DNA of 64,000 bases from an uncultured Candidatus Saccharibacteria bacterium (GCA_964543265.1 CAZIWN010000001.1:168644-232643); one strand, 5' to 3'. Counted from the stretch's first letter, positions 27,232 to 38,993 are shown. Made by a program: numbers and translations. Notes: generated by a model from the letters alone, not told the origin.

Positions 27232-28140
27232 TTACCACTTGCCGGAGGAACCGCCACCGCCCGATCGCCCCCCTCCAAATCCACCAAAGCCACCCCCGCC
27301 TCCAAACTTTCCACCACCAAAACCTCTCCCCCTCATCCACCAAGGTATTGTTGCTCCCATCTCCTTATAAGCCCTATATCTCTTTGAGACAAAATAATCA
27401 AAAATAAGTCCGGCAAGCGATAATCCAATAATCGACAAAATTCCAACATATAGGAATCCAAAAATAATACCCAAAACAGCTCCAAATCCTCCCCCTAAAA
27501 TACCCCCCAGCCACCAAGATTTTGATCTTCCTAAAATATTTGCTAATAAATTAACAACAAAAATTATTAAAAAAATAAAGAAAAATGGATCTATATTTTT
27601 AAAAAAAGAATATTTACTAAAATCAGTACTTTCCGTAACTATTCCCTCAGTTTCAAATCCGTTTGATATTTTAGAAATCATTCCCAAAATTCCATTTTTT
27701 ATTCCCAAAAAATAACTTCCATTTTTAAATGATGGAATAATTAAATTTTGAATGATCAGATGAGAATCAGCATCGGTTAAATATGCTTCTAATCCATAAC
27801 CCACCTCTATTCTTAATTCTCTTTCCTTTATAGCAACCAGCAAAAGCGCTCCATTATCTTTATTTCTTTGCCCAACTCCCCAATCCTTAAATAATTTTTC
27901 AGAAAAATTTTCTATAGTATCTCCATTAAGAGTATTAATAGTAGCCACCGAAATTTGATTACCAGTTTTATCGCTAAAATTATAAAGAATTGTCTCTAGA
28001 GCATTTTTTTCTTGATCACTTAAAACGCCGGCATAATCATTAATAAATCCGGTGGGCTTTCCCGGAAAATCATAAGCAAAAACCAGTCTTGGTATAACTA
28101 AGGCCAAGCCGAAAATTACAATCTTCAGCTTTAAATTCAT
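27232..28140 (-). CDS. TPM-domain protein (YgcG-like) with TM and Gly-rich C-terminal tail
   Basis: Signal peptide; TPM block GFINDYAGVLS..EKNALE; TM helices; GGGFGGFGGG tail. Confidence 0.7.
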   Translation of the reverse strand: MNLKLKIVIFGLALVIPRLVFAYDFPGKPTGFINDYAGVLSDQEKNALETILYNFSDKTGNQISVATINTLNGDTIENFSEKLFKDWGVGQRNKDNGALLLVAIKERELRIEVGYGLEAYLTDADSHLIIQNLIIPSFKNGSYFLGIKNGILGMISKISNGFETEGIVTESTDFSKYSFFKNIDPFFFIFLIIFVVNLLANILGRSKSWWLGGILGGGFGAVLGIIFGFLYVGILSIIGLSLAGLIFDYFVSKRYRAYKEMGATIPWWMRGRGFGGGKFGGGGGFGGFGGGRSGGGGSSGKW

Positions 28141-28150
28141 ATAAATTTAA

Positions 28151-28714
28151 TTAATACTCTAAGTTTACATTAGGAGCATTTTTTGCCTCCTCACTAGATT
28201 CAAAATAATTTCTTTCTGAAAAATTAGACATATTTGCGATTAAAGAACTTGGAAATTTTTTAACCGAAAGATTATAAGTCCTTACTGCATCATTAAATCT
28301 AGATCTCTCAACAGAAATTCTATTTTCTGCCCCCTCCAACTGAGCCATTAAAACAGAAACATTTTCTGATGATTTTAATTGAGGGTAATTCTCTACTATA
28401 ACCAACAATCTTCCCAAAGCACCTTCCATTTCAGAAGCAGCTTTTACTTTTTCATTAGAATTAGAAGCACCAGAATATCTAGTTCTAGCATCTGCTATTT
28501 CTGTAAAAATTTTATCTTCTTGTTTTAAAACACCCTTAACCGAATTAACTAATTGAGGAACCAAATCAAACCTCCTTTGGTATTGAGTTTCAACTTGAGC
28601 CCACTGGCCATCTATAGCTTCATTTGCCGAAACAAGCCTATTGTAAGTAGAAAAACCATAAATAACAAACAAAACCACTAAAACCAAAACTATCCAAAAT
28701 CTTTTATTTTTCAT
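28151..28714 (-). CDS. lemA: LemA family protein
   Basis: N-terminal TM plus conserved LemA blocks (YNRLV...QYQRR...VENYPQLKSSEN...RFN..V..YN). Confidence 0.85.
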   Translation of the reverse strand: MKNKRFWIVLVLVVLFVIYGFSTYNRLVSANEAIDGQWAQVETQYQRRFDLVPQLVNSVKGVLKQEDKIFTEIADARTRYSGASNSNEKVKAASEMEGALGRLLVIVENYPQLKSSENVSVLMAQLEGAENRISVERSRFNDAVRTYNLSVKKFPSSLIANMSNFSERNYFESSEEAKNAPNVNLEY

Positions 28715-28731
28715 ATTTTTAATGCTTAATT

Positions 28732-29292
28732 CTAAATCCCGCCATCGATATGATTATAATGCTTTTTAATAAACAACTGCAATATAAATACATAAACATA
28801 AATAGTTAATGACATAACCGGTATAGTTATATATCCAAATTCATTTACATACTGTATTAAACAAGAGGTTTCACCAGGATTTATTCCACAAGGAATTCCA
28901 AAAGTATTAAACCCTAAAGATATATAAACATGATAAAGCGCAATAACACCCCCAATAACTGTAAGGGGTATTAAATAATCAACTATTTTTGGATATTTTT
29001 TCTTAAGAGCTACCGCTAATATTATAACTTGAGGGAATAAAAATACTCTCTGCCAAATACATAAAATGCAAGGAGCAAATCCTATAACGCTAGAATAAAC
29101 TAAACTTCCCAAGGTTGCTGATAAAGACAAAAGGAAAAGAATTAATAAGCCATTTTTTTTCAAAAAAACATAAAAAGAATGATTTTCTTCTTTTTTAATA
29201 AAAAAAGCATAAAAAATCACAGGAATTAATAAAATGTGCGCGATTATAATTGAAAAACCTACAAATTGATTAAATAAATTAGAAAATTCCAT
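28732..29292 (-). CDS. Disulfide bond formation protein B (DsbB/BdbC-like)
   Basis: 4-TM protein with CILCIWQR Cys pair in the first periplasmic loop; adjacent to the thioredoxin-like gene. Confidence 0.6.
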   Translation of the reverse strand: MEFSNLFNQFVGFSIIIAHILLIPVIFYAFFIKKEENHSFYVFLKKNGLLILFLLSLSATLGSLVYSSVIGFAPCILCIWQRVFLFPQVIILAVALKKKYPKIVDYLIPLTVIGGVIALYHVYISLGFNTFGIPCGINPGETSCLIQYVNEFGYITIPVMSLTIYVYVFILQLFIKKHYNHIDGGI

Positions 29293-29307
29293 TTTATTTT
29301 TTAATCC

Positions 29308-29688
29308 TTATTTAACGGTTTCTAGTACACATCCAGATTTTTCTGCTAATTTTTCGAGAGGAACCTCTCCGGTTTCCTCAGATCCATCAGCAAATCTCCA
29401 AGTTGGATAGCTCTTAATATTTTCATCCTTACAAATCTGTGTCTGACCCTTTCCATCTGGAGTAGAACATTCTACATAAGGAAGTTTCTTTTCAGAATTT
29501 CCGAAGAGTCTCTTTTGAGCTTGGCAATGAGGACACCAAAAAGCTCCAAAAAAAGTAACTTTTTTATCCTTAAGACACAAAGCAAAATCATCATACTTTC
29601 CAGGAGCATTTTTCTGATAAATAACTGCCCCAACTGTTAATACAACAACCACAATCACTGAAATTAAAATTATTTTTTCTTTATTCAT
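29308..29688 (-). CDS. Membrane-anchored thioredoxin-like thiol-disulfide oxidoreductase
   Basis: N-terminal TM; FWCPHCQ CxxC motif. Confidence 0.65.
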   Translation of the reverse strand: MNKEKIILISVIVVVVLTVGAVIYQKNAPGKYDDFALCLKDKKVTFFGAFWCPHCQAQKRLFGNSEKKLPYVECSTPDGKGQTQICKDENIKSYPTWRFADGSEETGEVPLEKLAEKSGCVLETVK

Positions 29689-29689
29689 A

Positions 29690-29995
29690 TTATTTTTTAT
29701 CTAAATTTTCTATTTTAAGTCCCTTAAATATAAAATACACAATCGCGGATATTATTATAAAATCCAATAAATTAGAAACAAAACTACCCCAACTAATTTT
29801 AATAGATCCTAAAAGAACAACCTGACTTTTTAAATCCCCTATAGAACCGAAGATAAAACCAATTAAAGGATTTATCAAGTCATTAACTAGCGATGAAACC
29901 AATTTAGAGATCGCACCACCTAAAATAAATCCCACCGCCAGACCAACAACGCCCTGTTTTCTTATAAAATCAATAAATCCGCTCATATTTAACAT
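29690..29995 (-). CDS. mscL: Large-conductance mechanosensitive channel
   Basis: FIDFIRKQGVVGLAVGFILGGAISKLVSSLVNDLINP matches the MscL TM1/TM2 signature. Confidence 0.85.
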   Translation of the reverse strand: MLNMSGFIDFIRKQGVVGLAVGFILGGAISKLVSSLVNDLINPLIGFIFGSIGDLKSQVVLLGSIKISWGSFVSNLLDFIIISAIVYFIFKGLKIENLDKK

Positions 29996-30065
29996 TATAA
30001 TCTTTTTAATAAAAATTTCACACCCATAAAAAAATCCTTTGAATAAAAACGTAATTTAATGTATT

Positions 30066-30078
30066 TTGTATATACACG
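30066..30078. promoter_or_regulatory. Second copy of the 11-mer TGTATATACAC (candidate LexA half-operator) directly upstream of lepA
   Basis: Exact 11-nt match to the lexA-promoter palindrome core; in an AT-rich genome this is only suggestive. Confidence 0.2.
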
Positions 30079-30080
30079 CA

Positions 30081-31907
30081 ATGCAAGAAAATATACGAAA
30101 TTTCTTAATAACTGCCCATATAGATCACGGAAAATCTACTCTTTCAGATAGAATCTTGGAAGAGACCGGAACGGTTGAAAAAAGAGTTATGCGAGCTCAA
30201 TATCTTGACCAGATGGATTTGGAGCGCGAAAGAGGTATCACTATCAAAATGGCTCCAGTTAGAATGAAATATAATCATAATGGAAAAGAATATATCTTTA
30301 ACCTAATCGACACCCCGGGACATTCAGACTTTAAATATGAAGTCTCTCGCGCGCTCGCCGCTGTTGAGGGCGCGGTTTTATTAGTGGACGCAACTCAAGG
30401 AGTCCAAGCTCAAACCCTTGCTAATTTAGAAAGTGCCAAAAAAGCGGGACTGACAATTTTGGGAGCTATTAATAAAATTGATATTGCGACCAAAGAGCAA
30501 GCCGAAGACGCCCTGAAAGAAATATCGGAACTTTTAGAAATAGATGAGTCAGAAATTTTAAGAGTTTCCGGCAAAACCGGAGCTGGAGTTAAAGAATTAT
30601 TAGACAAAATCATAGAAAAAGTTCCGCCTCCAAATTCCAAAAAGTTTTTAAATCAAATGACCGGTCGGTCAGCTCGCGCCCTAGTCTTTGATTCAACTTA
30701 TCATGATCATAAAGGAATTATAGCCTTTGTTAGATTTTTTGACGGTAATATTAATTTTAAGGGCCAAGAAAATGCCGTACTTGCTGCCAAGCGAGAAAAG
30801 TTTTTAATCAAAGAAGTTGGTTACTTCTTACCAAAATTAACTAAAGGAGAAGAAATTTTACCAGGAGAAATAGGATATATTGCGACAGGTATAAAAAATC
30901 CGGACAAATTAAAAATTGGAGACACAATAGTTATCGGCGACATGACCGACGATGAAATTAAAAAATCCATAATGCCCGGATACGAAGAACCAACTCCGGT
31001 AGTATTCGTCTCTTTCTACCCAGAAGACGCCAGTGATTTTGAAAATTTTAAACAAGCAATTTCGGAGTTAAAACTTAACGACGCAGCTTTAACATTCGAA
31101 CCAGACACTAGCGAAATTTTAGGTCGTGGATTTAAGGGTGGATTTTTAGGCAGACTTCATTTTGAAATTACCGCTGAAAGATTAAAAAGAGAACATAATT
31201 TGGAAACAGTTCATAGCTTCCCCTCTGTTGCCTATAAAGTTAAAAGACAAAATAAAGAATGGGAAACCATAACCAATCCAAAGGATTTTCCAGACGATTA
31301 TTCCGAAGTTATGGAGCCAATGACAGAAATAGAAATTTTAACTCCGCAGGAATATCTAGGAAACATTTTAAGATTAAATGACTTATATAGATTAAGTTCG
31401 ATAGATTTAAAACCTGGAGTCGCCAAAACTCTTCTGAAAGCTAAGTTGCCCCTAGGAGATTTGATTTCTGATTTTGATGATAAAATAAAATCAGTTTCTC
31501 AAGGATATGCCTCTTTAAACTATAAATTTATTGGTTTTGAAAAAGGTGAAGTAGAAAAAATGGAAATTCTAATTGCCACCCAAGCCGTTCCAGGACTGAC
31601 CAGAATCATTCCAAAAATATATGCAGATCACGAAGCAAGGAAATCAGTTGAAAAACTTAAAGATCTTTTGCCAAAACAACAATTTTCTCAAGCCCTACAA
31701 GCCAAGGTTGGCGGCAGAATTTTAGCCAGAGAAACCATCTCCCCTATGAGAAAAGATGTGACTGGATATTTATATGGAGGCGATAGATCTAGAAAGCTCA
31801 AGCTTTGGAAAAAACAGCAAAGAGGTAAAGCTAACTTAAAAGAAAGAGCAGAAACATCCAGAGTAAATATTTCAGCAGATATCTTTAAGGAATTGCTTAA
31901 AAAATAA
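30081..31907 (+). CDS. lepA: Elongation factor 4
   Basis: MQENIRNFLITAHIDHGKSTL G-domain plus LepA-specific C-terminal domain; track start 30066 is probably a 5-aa extension. Confidence 0.95.
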   Translation: MQENIRNFLITAHIDHGKSTLSDRILEETGTVEKRVMRAQYLDQMDLERERGITIKMAPVRMKYNHNGKEYIFNLIDTPGHSDFKYEVSRALAAVEGAVLLVDATQGVQAQTLANLESAKKAGLTILGAINKIDIATKEQAEDALKEISELLEIDESEILRVSGKTGAGVKELLDKIIEKVPPPNSKKFLNQMTGRSARALVFDSTYHDHKGIIAFVRFFDGNINFKGQENAVLAAKREKFLIKEVGYFLPKLTKGEEILPGEIGYIATGIKNPDKLKIGDTIVIGDMTDDEIKKSIMPGYEEPTPVVFVSFYPEDASDFENFKQAISELKLNDAALTFEPDTSEILGRGFKGGFLGRLHFEITAERLKREHNLETVHSFPSVAYKVKRQNKEWETITNPKDFPDDYSEVMEPMTEIEILTPQEYLGNILRLNDLYRLSSIDLKPGVAKTLLKAKLPLGDLISDFDDKIKSVSQGYASLNYKFIGFEKGEVEKMEILIATQAVPGLTRIIPKIYADHEARKSVEKLKDLLPKQQFSQALQAKVGGRILARETISPMRKDVTGYLYGGDRSRKLKLWKKQQRGKANLKERAETSRVNISADIFKELLKK

Positions 31908-31975
31908 TCCAATTTGACAATATATTACAATACTGCTATACTAATAGCATCGATCCAACAAAAGGAGAATTTCAC

Positions 31976-32089
31976 ATGTCGGTATGGGACGAAACACCGC
32001 TGCCTCCGCTTAACTGGAAAGATAAAGTCCTTATTCTCATTTTTATCGTTCTCGCCCTAGTTGCGGTTGTGGCAATGACTCACATGTGA
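31976..32089 (+). CDS. GC-rich minicassette K: 37-aa single-TM peptide (MSVWDETPLPPLNWKDKVLILIFIVLALVAVVAMTHM)
   Basis: TTGACA (31914-31919)-17-TATACT (31937-31942), RBS AAAAGGAGAA, ATG 31976; terminator AUGGACCAUCA..AGAUGGUCCAUUUUUU at 32096-32150; below the track cutoff. Confidence 0.4.
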   Translation: MSVWDETPLPPLNWKDKVLILIFIVLALVAVVAMTHM

Positions 32090-32365
32090 GCATCTAATGG
32101 ACCATCATCAGATCGTATTTTGATAGATGGTCCATTTTTTATGACACAACAAAAAACCCCGAGATTTAACTCGAGGTACTTTGTAGTCCAGCTTTGTTAT
32201 AAAGTTCCATTACTTTAATAACAAGTGGGCGGGCTCAATCGCGTTTCCACGGAAACGGATGCTATCACCTTGCCCTGATATAATTTTTAATCTGGAACTT
32301 ATCTTAGCTGGACATAATAATTATACTCTTATTTTCAGAATGTATATAGTCTCTGTGTATAAAAA

Positions 32366-33172
32366 CTATTTAATTAAAAAATATAAAACTATTATTAAAC
32401 CTAAAACAATCCTATAATAACCAAAAATCTTGAAGTTATGTTTTTTGGAATAATTAACAAAAAATTTAACCACAGAAAAAGCAGTTATAAACGCAACAAT
32501 AAAACCTATTGATAAAATAGAAAAATCTGCAAAAGTAAGAGCAGATTTATATTTTAATAAGCTCAACAAAGACGCTCCAAATACCGTTGGAATTGCTAAA
32601 TAAAAAGAAAATTCTGTGGCCGCCGTTCTAGAAGCCCCTAAAGCAATCGCCCCCATAATAGTTGAAGCCGATCGAGACATTCCAGGAATTAAAGATAAAC
32701 ATTGTATTAATCCTATAAAAAATGCTGTTTTAAAAGTTAAACTTTCAAGAGATGTCGCCCTAATTGACTTAGGGCTTCTCTCTATTATTAAAATAATTAT
32801 TCCTCCAAACAAAAGAGCTAAAGCCACAATCCATGGATAAAATAATTTTTCCTTAACAACTTCTCCAAATTCAAATCCAAGAAAAACCAATGGCGCCACG
32901 CCGATAATTGTCTTAAACCAAATATTCCAAATTTTCTCATTTTTCTCTTTATTTTTTCCAAATGGCCAGATTTTATCTCTAAAATAAAAAGTAACTGCTA
33001 AAATTGCTCCGAGCTGAATCACGATATCAAATAAAGCCGTGAATTCCTCTCTAAAAGAAATAAATTGATTTAAAAGAATAAGGTGCCCAGTAGAAGAAAT
33101 CGGTAAAAATTCCGTAATTCCCTCAACCGCTCCCAAAATAATCGCTTTAAATCCTTCGAGCAAATTAAGCAT
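32366..33172 (-). CDS. uppP: Undecaprenyl-diphosphate phosphatase
   Basis: BacA/UppP blocks (GITEFLPISSTGHL...; SRSASTI; GAIALGASRTAATEFSF). Confidence 0.9.
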   Translation of the reverse strand: MLNLLEGFKAIILGAVEGITEFLPISSTGHLILLNQFISFREEFTALFDIVIQLGAILAVTFYFRDKIWPFGKNKEKNEKIWNIWFKTIIGVAPLVFLGFEFGEVVKEKLFYPWIVALALLFGGIIILIIERSPKSIRATSLESLTFKTAFFIGLIQCLSLIPGMSRSASTIMGAIALGASRTAATEFSFYLAIPTVFGASLLSLLKYKSALTFADFSILSIGFIVAFITAFSVVKFFVNYSKKHNFKIFGYYRIVLGLIIVLYFLIK

Positions 33173-33190
33173 TATTAATTTTTATTCTAA

Positions 33191-33580
33191 TTAATTTCTA
33201 GAAAATAATGCCCTATATTTATCCCAATAGACATAACCCATATAAATATTTAAAGCCACGACAATAAATCCCATTATTAAACCCTCTGGCGCAACCAACG
33301 AATTAACCACAATAATTCCAATCGCAATAGGTGCAAAAAATATTGCTGCTAAAGCAGGTAAAAATCCCAAAACAAACATCAAACCAGCCAAAATCTCGGT
33401 GGTTTTAATCATTTGAAATATTCCTATATCCCAAAGATTTTGAGTCATAGGAATCATATCTGGTGGCACTCCCTGCATCCCATTACTAGCTGCCATAAAT
33501 CCCCCAACTCCGCTAAAAATAAGAAATAATCCAAAAAGCGTTCTAACAGTAATAACTAATTTGCGATTTCTAAAATTCAT
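33191..33580 (-). CDS. DoxX-family membrane protein
   Basis: 4-TM small protein with DoxX-like pattern. Confidence 0.45.
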   Translation of the reverse strand: MNFRNRKLVITVRTLFGLFLIFSGVGGFMAASNGMQGVPPDMIPMTQNLWDIGIFQMIKTTEILAGLMFVLGFLPALAAIFFAPIAIGIIVVNSLVAPEGLIMGFIVVALNIYMGYVYWDKYRALFSRN

Positions 33581-33618
33581 GATTTTTATTTTAATTTTAT
33601 TTACTATTAATTTTAACT

Positions 33619-34143
33619 TTAAAAATTAAATTTAACTAATTTATTATTTTTAACTGTAAAATATTTTGAAACACCAACAGATGGCGTTGCCGTCATAGGC
33701 TCTCCATATGCCCTATCTGCATAATTTACAATAATTTTTCCATCTTTAAATTCAGTAGTTTGCGGAGCGATTCTATCACCCAACAAAACAGCATTGGCTC
33801 CAATATATCCATTTTTATCACCAAAAGCTAAGGCAACATAAAAAAACGTTCCGCTTCCTCCGCTATTTTTAGTTAATAAAAAAGCAACGTCATTAATCCC
33901 ATCATTATTAAAATCTCCAAAAATTTCATTTCCAAAATATCTAACAACAACTTTAGAGCTAGATCCATCAATCATGGACTCACTCAAACCACTATTAAGA
34001 GATATAATGTTGTCATCTATCTCATACGACGCATCCTTAAAATCCTTAAAAGATAAATTTATATTCTGATTTTTAGAATTATTAAAAAGAGTAATCGCTC
34101 CAAGTCCAGCCAAGATGATAAATAAAAAAACTTTTTTAGTCAT
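33619..34143 (-). CDS. Secreted hypothetical protein (FG-GAP-like repeat)
   Basis: Signal peptide; FGDFNNDGINDVAF resembles an FG-GAP/VCBS repeat. Confidence 0.45.
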   Translation of the reverse strand: MTKKVFLFIILAGLGAITLFNNSKNQNINLSFKDFKDASYEIDDNIISLNSGLSESMIDGSSSKVVVRYFGNEIFGDFNNDGINDVAFLLTKNSGGSGTFFYVALAFGDKNGYIGANAVLLGDRIAPQTTEFKDGKIIVNYADRAYGEPMTATPSVGVSKYFTVKNNKLVKFNF

Positions 34144-34204
34144 ATACTAAATATAATATCACACTCCTTAATCACCTTCACTAATTTGATTTTATTTAAA
34201 ATAT

Positions 34205-34378
34205 GTGTTAATTTATTTAAACCAATAAGTCGTCGCCTAAAATTCTAAGCAGTCGCTAGTCAGGCCGACTTCTAGGAATTTTATGTGACGATAATTGTGC
34301 GAATTTCGTCGGGGGACGAAGGTTCGCAAGCCAGATAGAAGACGCTCCACGGAGGGTCAACCATCTGGCTATTTTTTT
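34205..34378 (+). ncRNA. Candidate structured sRNA L: GC-rich island with nested hairpins and a strong intrinsic terminator; no ORF
   Basis: Hairpins AGUCG..CGACU and GCGAAUUUCGUCGGGGGACGAAGGUUCGC, then GCCAGAUAG..CCAUCUGGC + U7 (34326-34378); weak TTGATT / TAATTT promoter near 34186; strand from terminator orientation. Confidence 0.3.
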
Positions 34379-34673
34379 ATCTTATTTTCAATACTAAATT
34401 AATATAATCCCCAGATTTAATTCCCTCCTTTTTTCTAATTTCAGATTTCAACGGTAATAAATACAAGCCAGATTTTTTATCCGGAAAGATAGACGTCTTC
34501 CAAGATGTTTTCCCCGCAACCACAAAAACGGGCAACGATCCCCAACCTCGCTTTATCTTATTAAATTTATTTTTTATATCTATAGATATATCTTTTGGAA
34601 TACTTATAAAGTGCCATCCCGCCATTCCAGGATAAAGCCAGACTTCCGATTTAATTTTATATTTAGAATTCAC
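34377..34673 (-). CDS. Hypothetical protein (possibly DUF1905-like)
   Basis: Host-type composition; weak recall only. Confidence 0.4.
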   Translation of the reverse strand: MNSKYKIKSEVWLYPGMAGWHFISIPKDISIDIKNKFNKIKRGWGSLPVFVVAGKTSWKTSIFPDKKSGLYLLPLKSEIRKKEGIKSGDYINLVLKIR

Positions 34674-34677
34674 AAAA

Positions 34678-35100
34678 TTAATTCCAGCAAGCGATAATCA
34701 ATCCCATAACAAACATAACAACGAAAGAAGAAGCACATTCAAAAAGCCACAACTTCACACTCCTTCCCATCCAGATAACCTCTATTGAAGTTGTGGTTAC
34801 TAAAAATCCAGCCCAAACCAACAAAGAACAAATAACACCTCCCCAAACTCCAGTCCCAATAAAATAAAAAGAAGAAGAAATTAACGAATAAAATATCACC
34901 AAAACCAAAGCCGTTACAAAATTAATAAACAAATTCCAAAGCATCTGTGGAATCATATCTTTCAATTTTTCATTTCCCGTTGGATGAATATTAGCCAACC
35001 TCATCCAAGTCTTTCCGAATAAAGGTCCGTGAAACAAAAATCCTATAATAAAAGCTGCAATCGCAGAAGCGCCAACAGCAAATAAATTAATCGAAAACAT
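34678..35100 (-). CDS. Hypothetical 4-TM membrane protein
   Basis: Hydrophobic segments throughout. Confidence 0.45.
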   Translation of the reverse strand: MFSINLFAVGASAIAAFIIGFLFHGPLFGKTWMRLANIHPTGNEKLKDMIPQMLWNLFINFVTALVLVIFYSLISSSFYFIGTGVWGGVICSLLVWAGFLVTTTSIEVIWMGRSVKLWLFECASSFVVMFVMGLIIACWN

Positions 35101-35127
35101 ATTATTTTAAATTGTTAATTTTAATTT

Positions 35128-35217
35128 TGGCGGAGAGGGGGAGATTCGAACTCCCGGTACCCTTTCGGATACACAGTCTTTCCAGGACTGCGCACTAGAC
35201 CGCTATGCGACCTCTCC
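35128..35217 (-). tRNA. tRNA-Ser (anticodon GGA), long variable arm, CCA encoded
   Basis: RC reads GGAGAGGUCGCAUAGCGGUCUAGUGCGCAGUCCUGGAAAGACUGUGUAUCCGAAAGGGUACCGGGAGUUCGAAUCUCCCCCUCUCCGCCA; anticodon loop CUGGAAA. Confidence 0.9.
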
Positions 35218-35285
35218 AAAATAACATTTATTATACTAGCAAAATTAATGGAAATATCAAAAAAATAATATATACTTATGAATAT

Positions 35286-35654
35286 ATGAAAAAATACACC
35301 TTATTGATAATTATGGTTTTAGCCGGAATTACTGGTTATTTATACATAAATAAACCAACAGATAAAGAATTTGGCGCTCTTATTAATTTAGCCATCAACC
35401 AATCAGCAAGCTTTAAAGATGGATTAAATATAACGCTTTTAGAAATTAATGATTCTCGCTGCCCGAAGAATGTTGTTTGTATTTGGGAAGGTGAACTTTC
35501 TGCCCTTTTTAAATTAACCGGAGGAAGTATTGGTAACAATTCAAAAGAAATACGCCTAGGAACATCAAGAATAAAATCAGATTCTCAATTTGGTTATACC
35601 ATCACGCTAGAATCAGCAACAGAAAAAACCGCTATCATAAAGATTACTAAATAA
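35286..35654 (+). CDS. Hypothetical secreted/lipoprotein-like protein (start at internal Met MKKYTLLIIMVLAG)
   Basis: The track ORF start (35205) overlaps the tRNA-Ser; the signal-peptide-like Met at 35286 is more plausible. Confidence 0.45.
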   Translation: MKKYTLLIIMVLAGITGYLYINKPTDKEFGALINLAINQSASFKDGLNITLLEINDSRCPKNVVCIWEGELSALFKLTGGSIGNNSKEIRLGTSRIKSDSQFGYTITLESATEKTAIIKITK

Positions 35655-35683
35655 AAGAATTAATATTGATAAAAAAAATCCGC

Positions 35684-35959
35684 TTATTTAGCGGATTTTT
35701 TTGTAGAAGATTTTTCTTTTTTAACCCTAGGCTTTTTCTCTGCCTTAACTGTTTCTGCTGCCTTTTTCTTTCTCAAATTAAATTTCTCAACCTTACCGGC
35801 AGTATCAATTAAGTTTTCTTTTCCAGTGAAGAATGGGTGGCAATTTGCGCAAATTTCAACGTGCATCTCTTTTTTTGTAGATCCAACCTTAATAACGTTG
35901 CCGCAAACGCACTTTATTTCAGCATTCTCTATATATTGTGGGTGTATTTCTGGTTTCAT
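35684..35959 (-). CDS. rpmE: 50S ribosomal protein L31 (Zn-ribbon type) with Lys-rich C-terminal extension
   Basis: MKPEIHPQY...CVCGN...CANCHPFFTG. Confidence 0.9.
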   Translation of the reverse strand: MKPEIHPQYIENAEIKCVCGNVIKVGSTKKEMHVEICANCHPFFTGKENLIDTAGKVEKFNLRKKKAAETVKAEKKPRVKKEKSSTKKSAK

Positions 35960-36039
35960 TTTAGTCTAATGATTATATTATAACATCTTTAAAAAATCAA
36001 CCCCCAATTAATTACAGCATAGCAATGCCTAATTCTATA

Positions 36040-36618
36040 CTATATACCGTATGTAATTATACTTATAATTGCAAAAACTAACGAAGAATAAAGAGATACC
36101 TCACTTGCCACAATCAAATTTTGACTTCCCATTATAATTCCCAAAAAAGCTAAGCCTAAACCAACGGACTGCAAAACCATCTTTGTTTTACCCCAAAAAT
36201 TAGCAGATATTCTCACTTTTTTAGTGTGAATTCTATAATAAGCGCTTCCAATCAATACCATTTCCATAAAAATCAAAGCAAATAAAAGCGGGAATCCAAA
36301 AAATTTTGGCAATATGATTAATGCTGTTGAAGAAATTAAAATTTTATCAGCGACAGGGTCAAAGGTTTCTCCCCACTCTGTAATCATATTTCTTGTTCTA
36401 GCTAAAGCCCCATCCACCGCATCGGAAAAAGCAGAAATACTAAAAAGTAATAATCCCCATCTGAATTCTTCCGTAAAAAGCAGGAATAAAATGAACGGTA
36501 TAGTAAAAAACCTAAAAATAGTCACCTGATTAGGAGTTACGTTTTTAGGAATTAACCTTAAGACAGTGGCTCTTAAAATTTTATCCGTAATAGTTAATTT
36601 AATACCCCCCTGCTCCAT
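36040..36618 (-). CDS. CDP-alcohol phosphatidyltransferase (PgsA-like)
   Basis: DAVDGALAR...G...D...D signature (D-x2-D-G-x2-A-R). Confidence 0.8.
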   Translation of the reverse strand: MEQGGIKLTITDKILRATVLRLIPKNVTPNQVTIFRFFTIPFILFLLFTEEFRWGLLLFSISAFSDAVDGALARTRNMITEWGETFDPVADKILISSTALIILPKFFGFPLLFALIFMEMVLIGSAYYRIHTKKVRISANFWGKTKMVLQSVGLGLAFLGIIMGSQNLIVASEVSLYSSLVFAIISIITYGI

Positions 36619-36662
36619 TTAATTAAATAATAACACAAAGCCAACTACTACCTCAAAATGAA

Positions 36663-38604
<1,942 letters not shown>

Positions 38605-38650
38605 TTTATTTTTTATTTTTAATTAATAATAATTAACTGACCTTTAGTAT

Positions 38651-38677
38651 TTAGCAGTCTATCAAAACGTTTGCTAG
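38651..38677. promoter_or_regulatory. CIRCE-like inverted repeat (HrcA operator) upstream of groES-groEL
   Basis: TTAGCAGTC-N9-GTTTGCTAG versus CIRCE consensus TTAGCACTC-N9-GAGTGCTAA (8/9 and 6/9 matches). Confidence 0.5.
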
Positions 38678-38700
38678 ATATCAAGATATTTTATACAAAT

Positions 38701-38735
38701 AAAAAATCCGCGCCTCACGCGCGGATTCCTTATGA
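38701..38735 (-). terminator. Intrinsic terminator of the DUF378-like gene
   Basis: Minus-strand AAUCCGCGCGUGAGGCGCGGAUUUUUUAUUU. Confidence 0.6.
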
Positions 38736-38759
38736 AATAATTATATCAGATCGTAGATA

Positions 38760-38993
38760 TTATTTCATCATTCCACCACCCATTCCGCTCTGATTGTTTC
38801 CACACATCGTGCAACACTTCTTGTGTGAGAATAATTCCACTAGAGCAGATAACCCAACCAATACATAAATTGTGCTCAATAATCCCGATGGGATGAATCC
38901 CCAAGATGCGAGGTCCCAACCTAAGACCATTAAAAGCCAATTTAAGCCTCCAATTACTAGGAGGAAAAAGGTTACCATATGTAGTCCTTTCAT
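38760..38993 (-). CDS. Small 2-TM membrane protein (DUF378-like) with Cys/Gly/Met-rich tail
   Basis: GGLNWLLMVLGWDL pattern typical of DUF378; C-terminal CCTMCGNNQSGMGGGMMK. Confidence 0.45.
   Translation of the reverse strand: MKGLHMVTFFLLVIGGLNWLLMVLGWDLASWGFIPSGLLSTIYVLVGLSALVELFSHKKCCTMCGNNQSGMGGGMMK

Noticed and set aside
30066-30080. LepA start at 30066 (MYIHAM...)
   Set aside because: The conserved LepA N-terminus begins at the internal Met (MQENIRNF). The upstream 15 nt contain the TGTATATACAC motif and are more likely untranslated.
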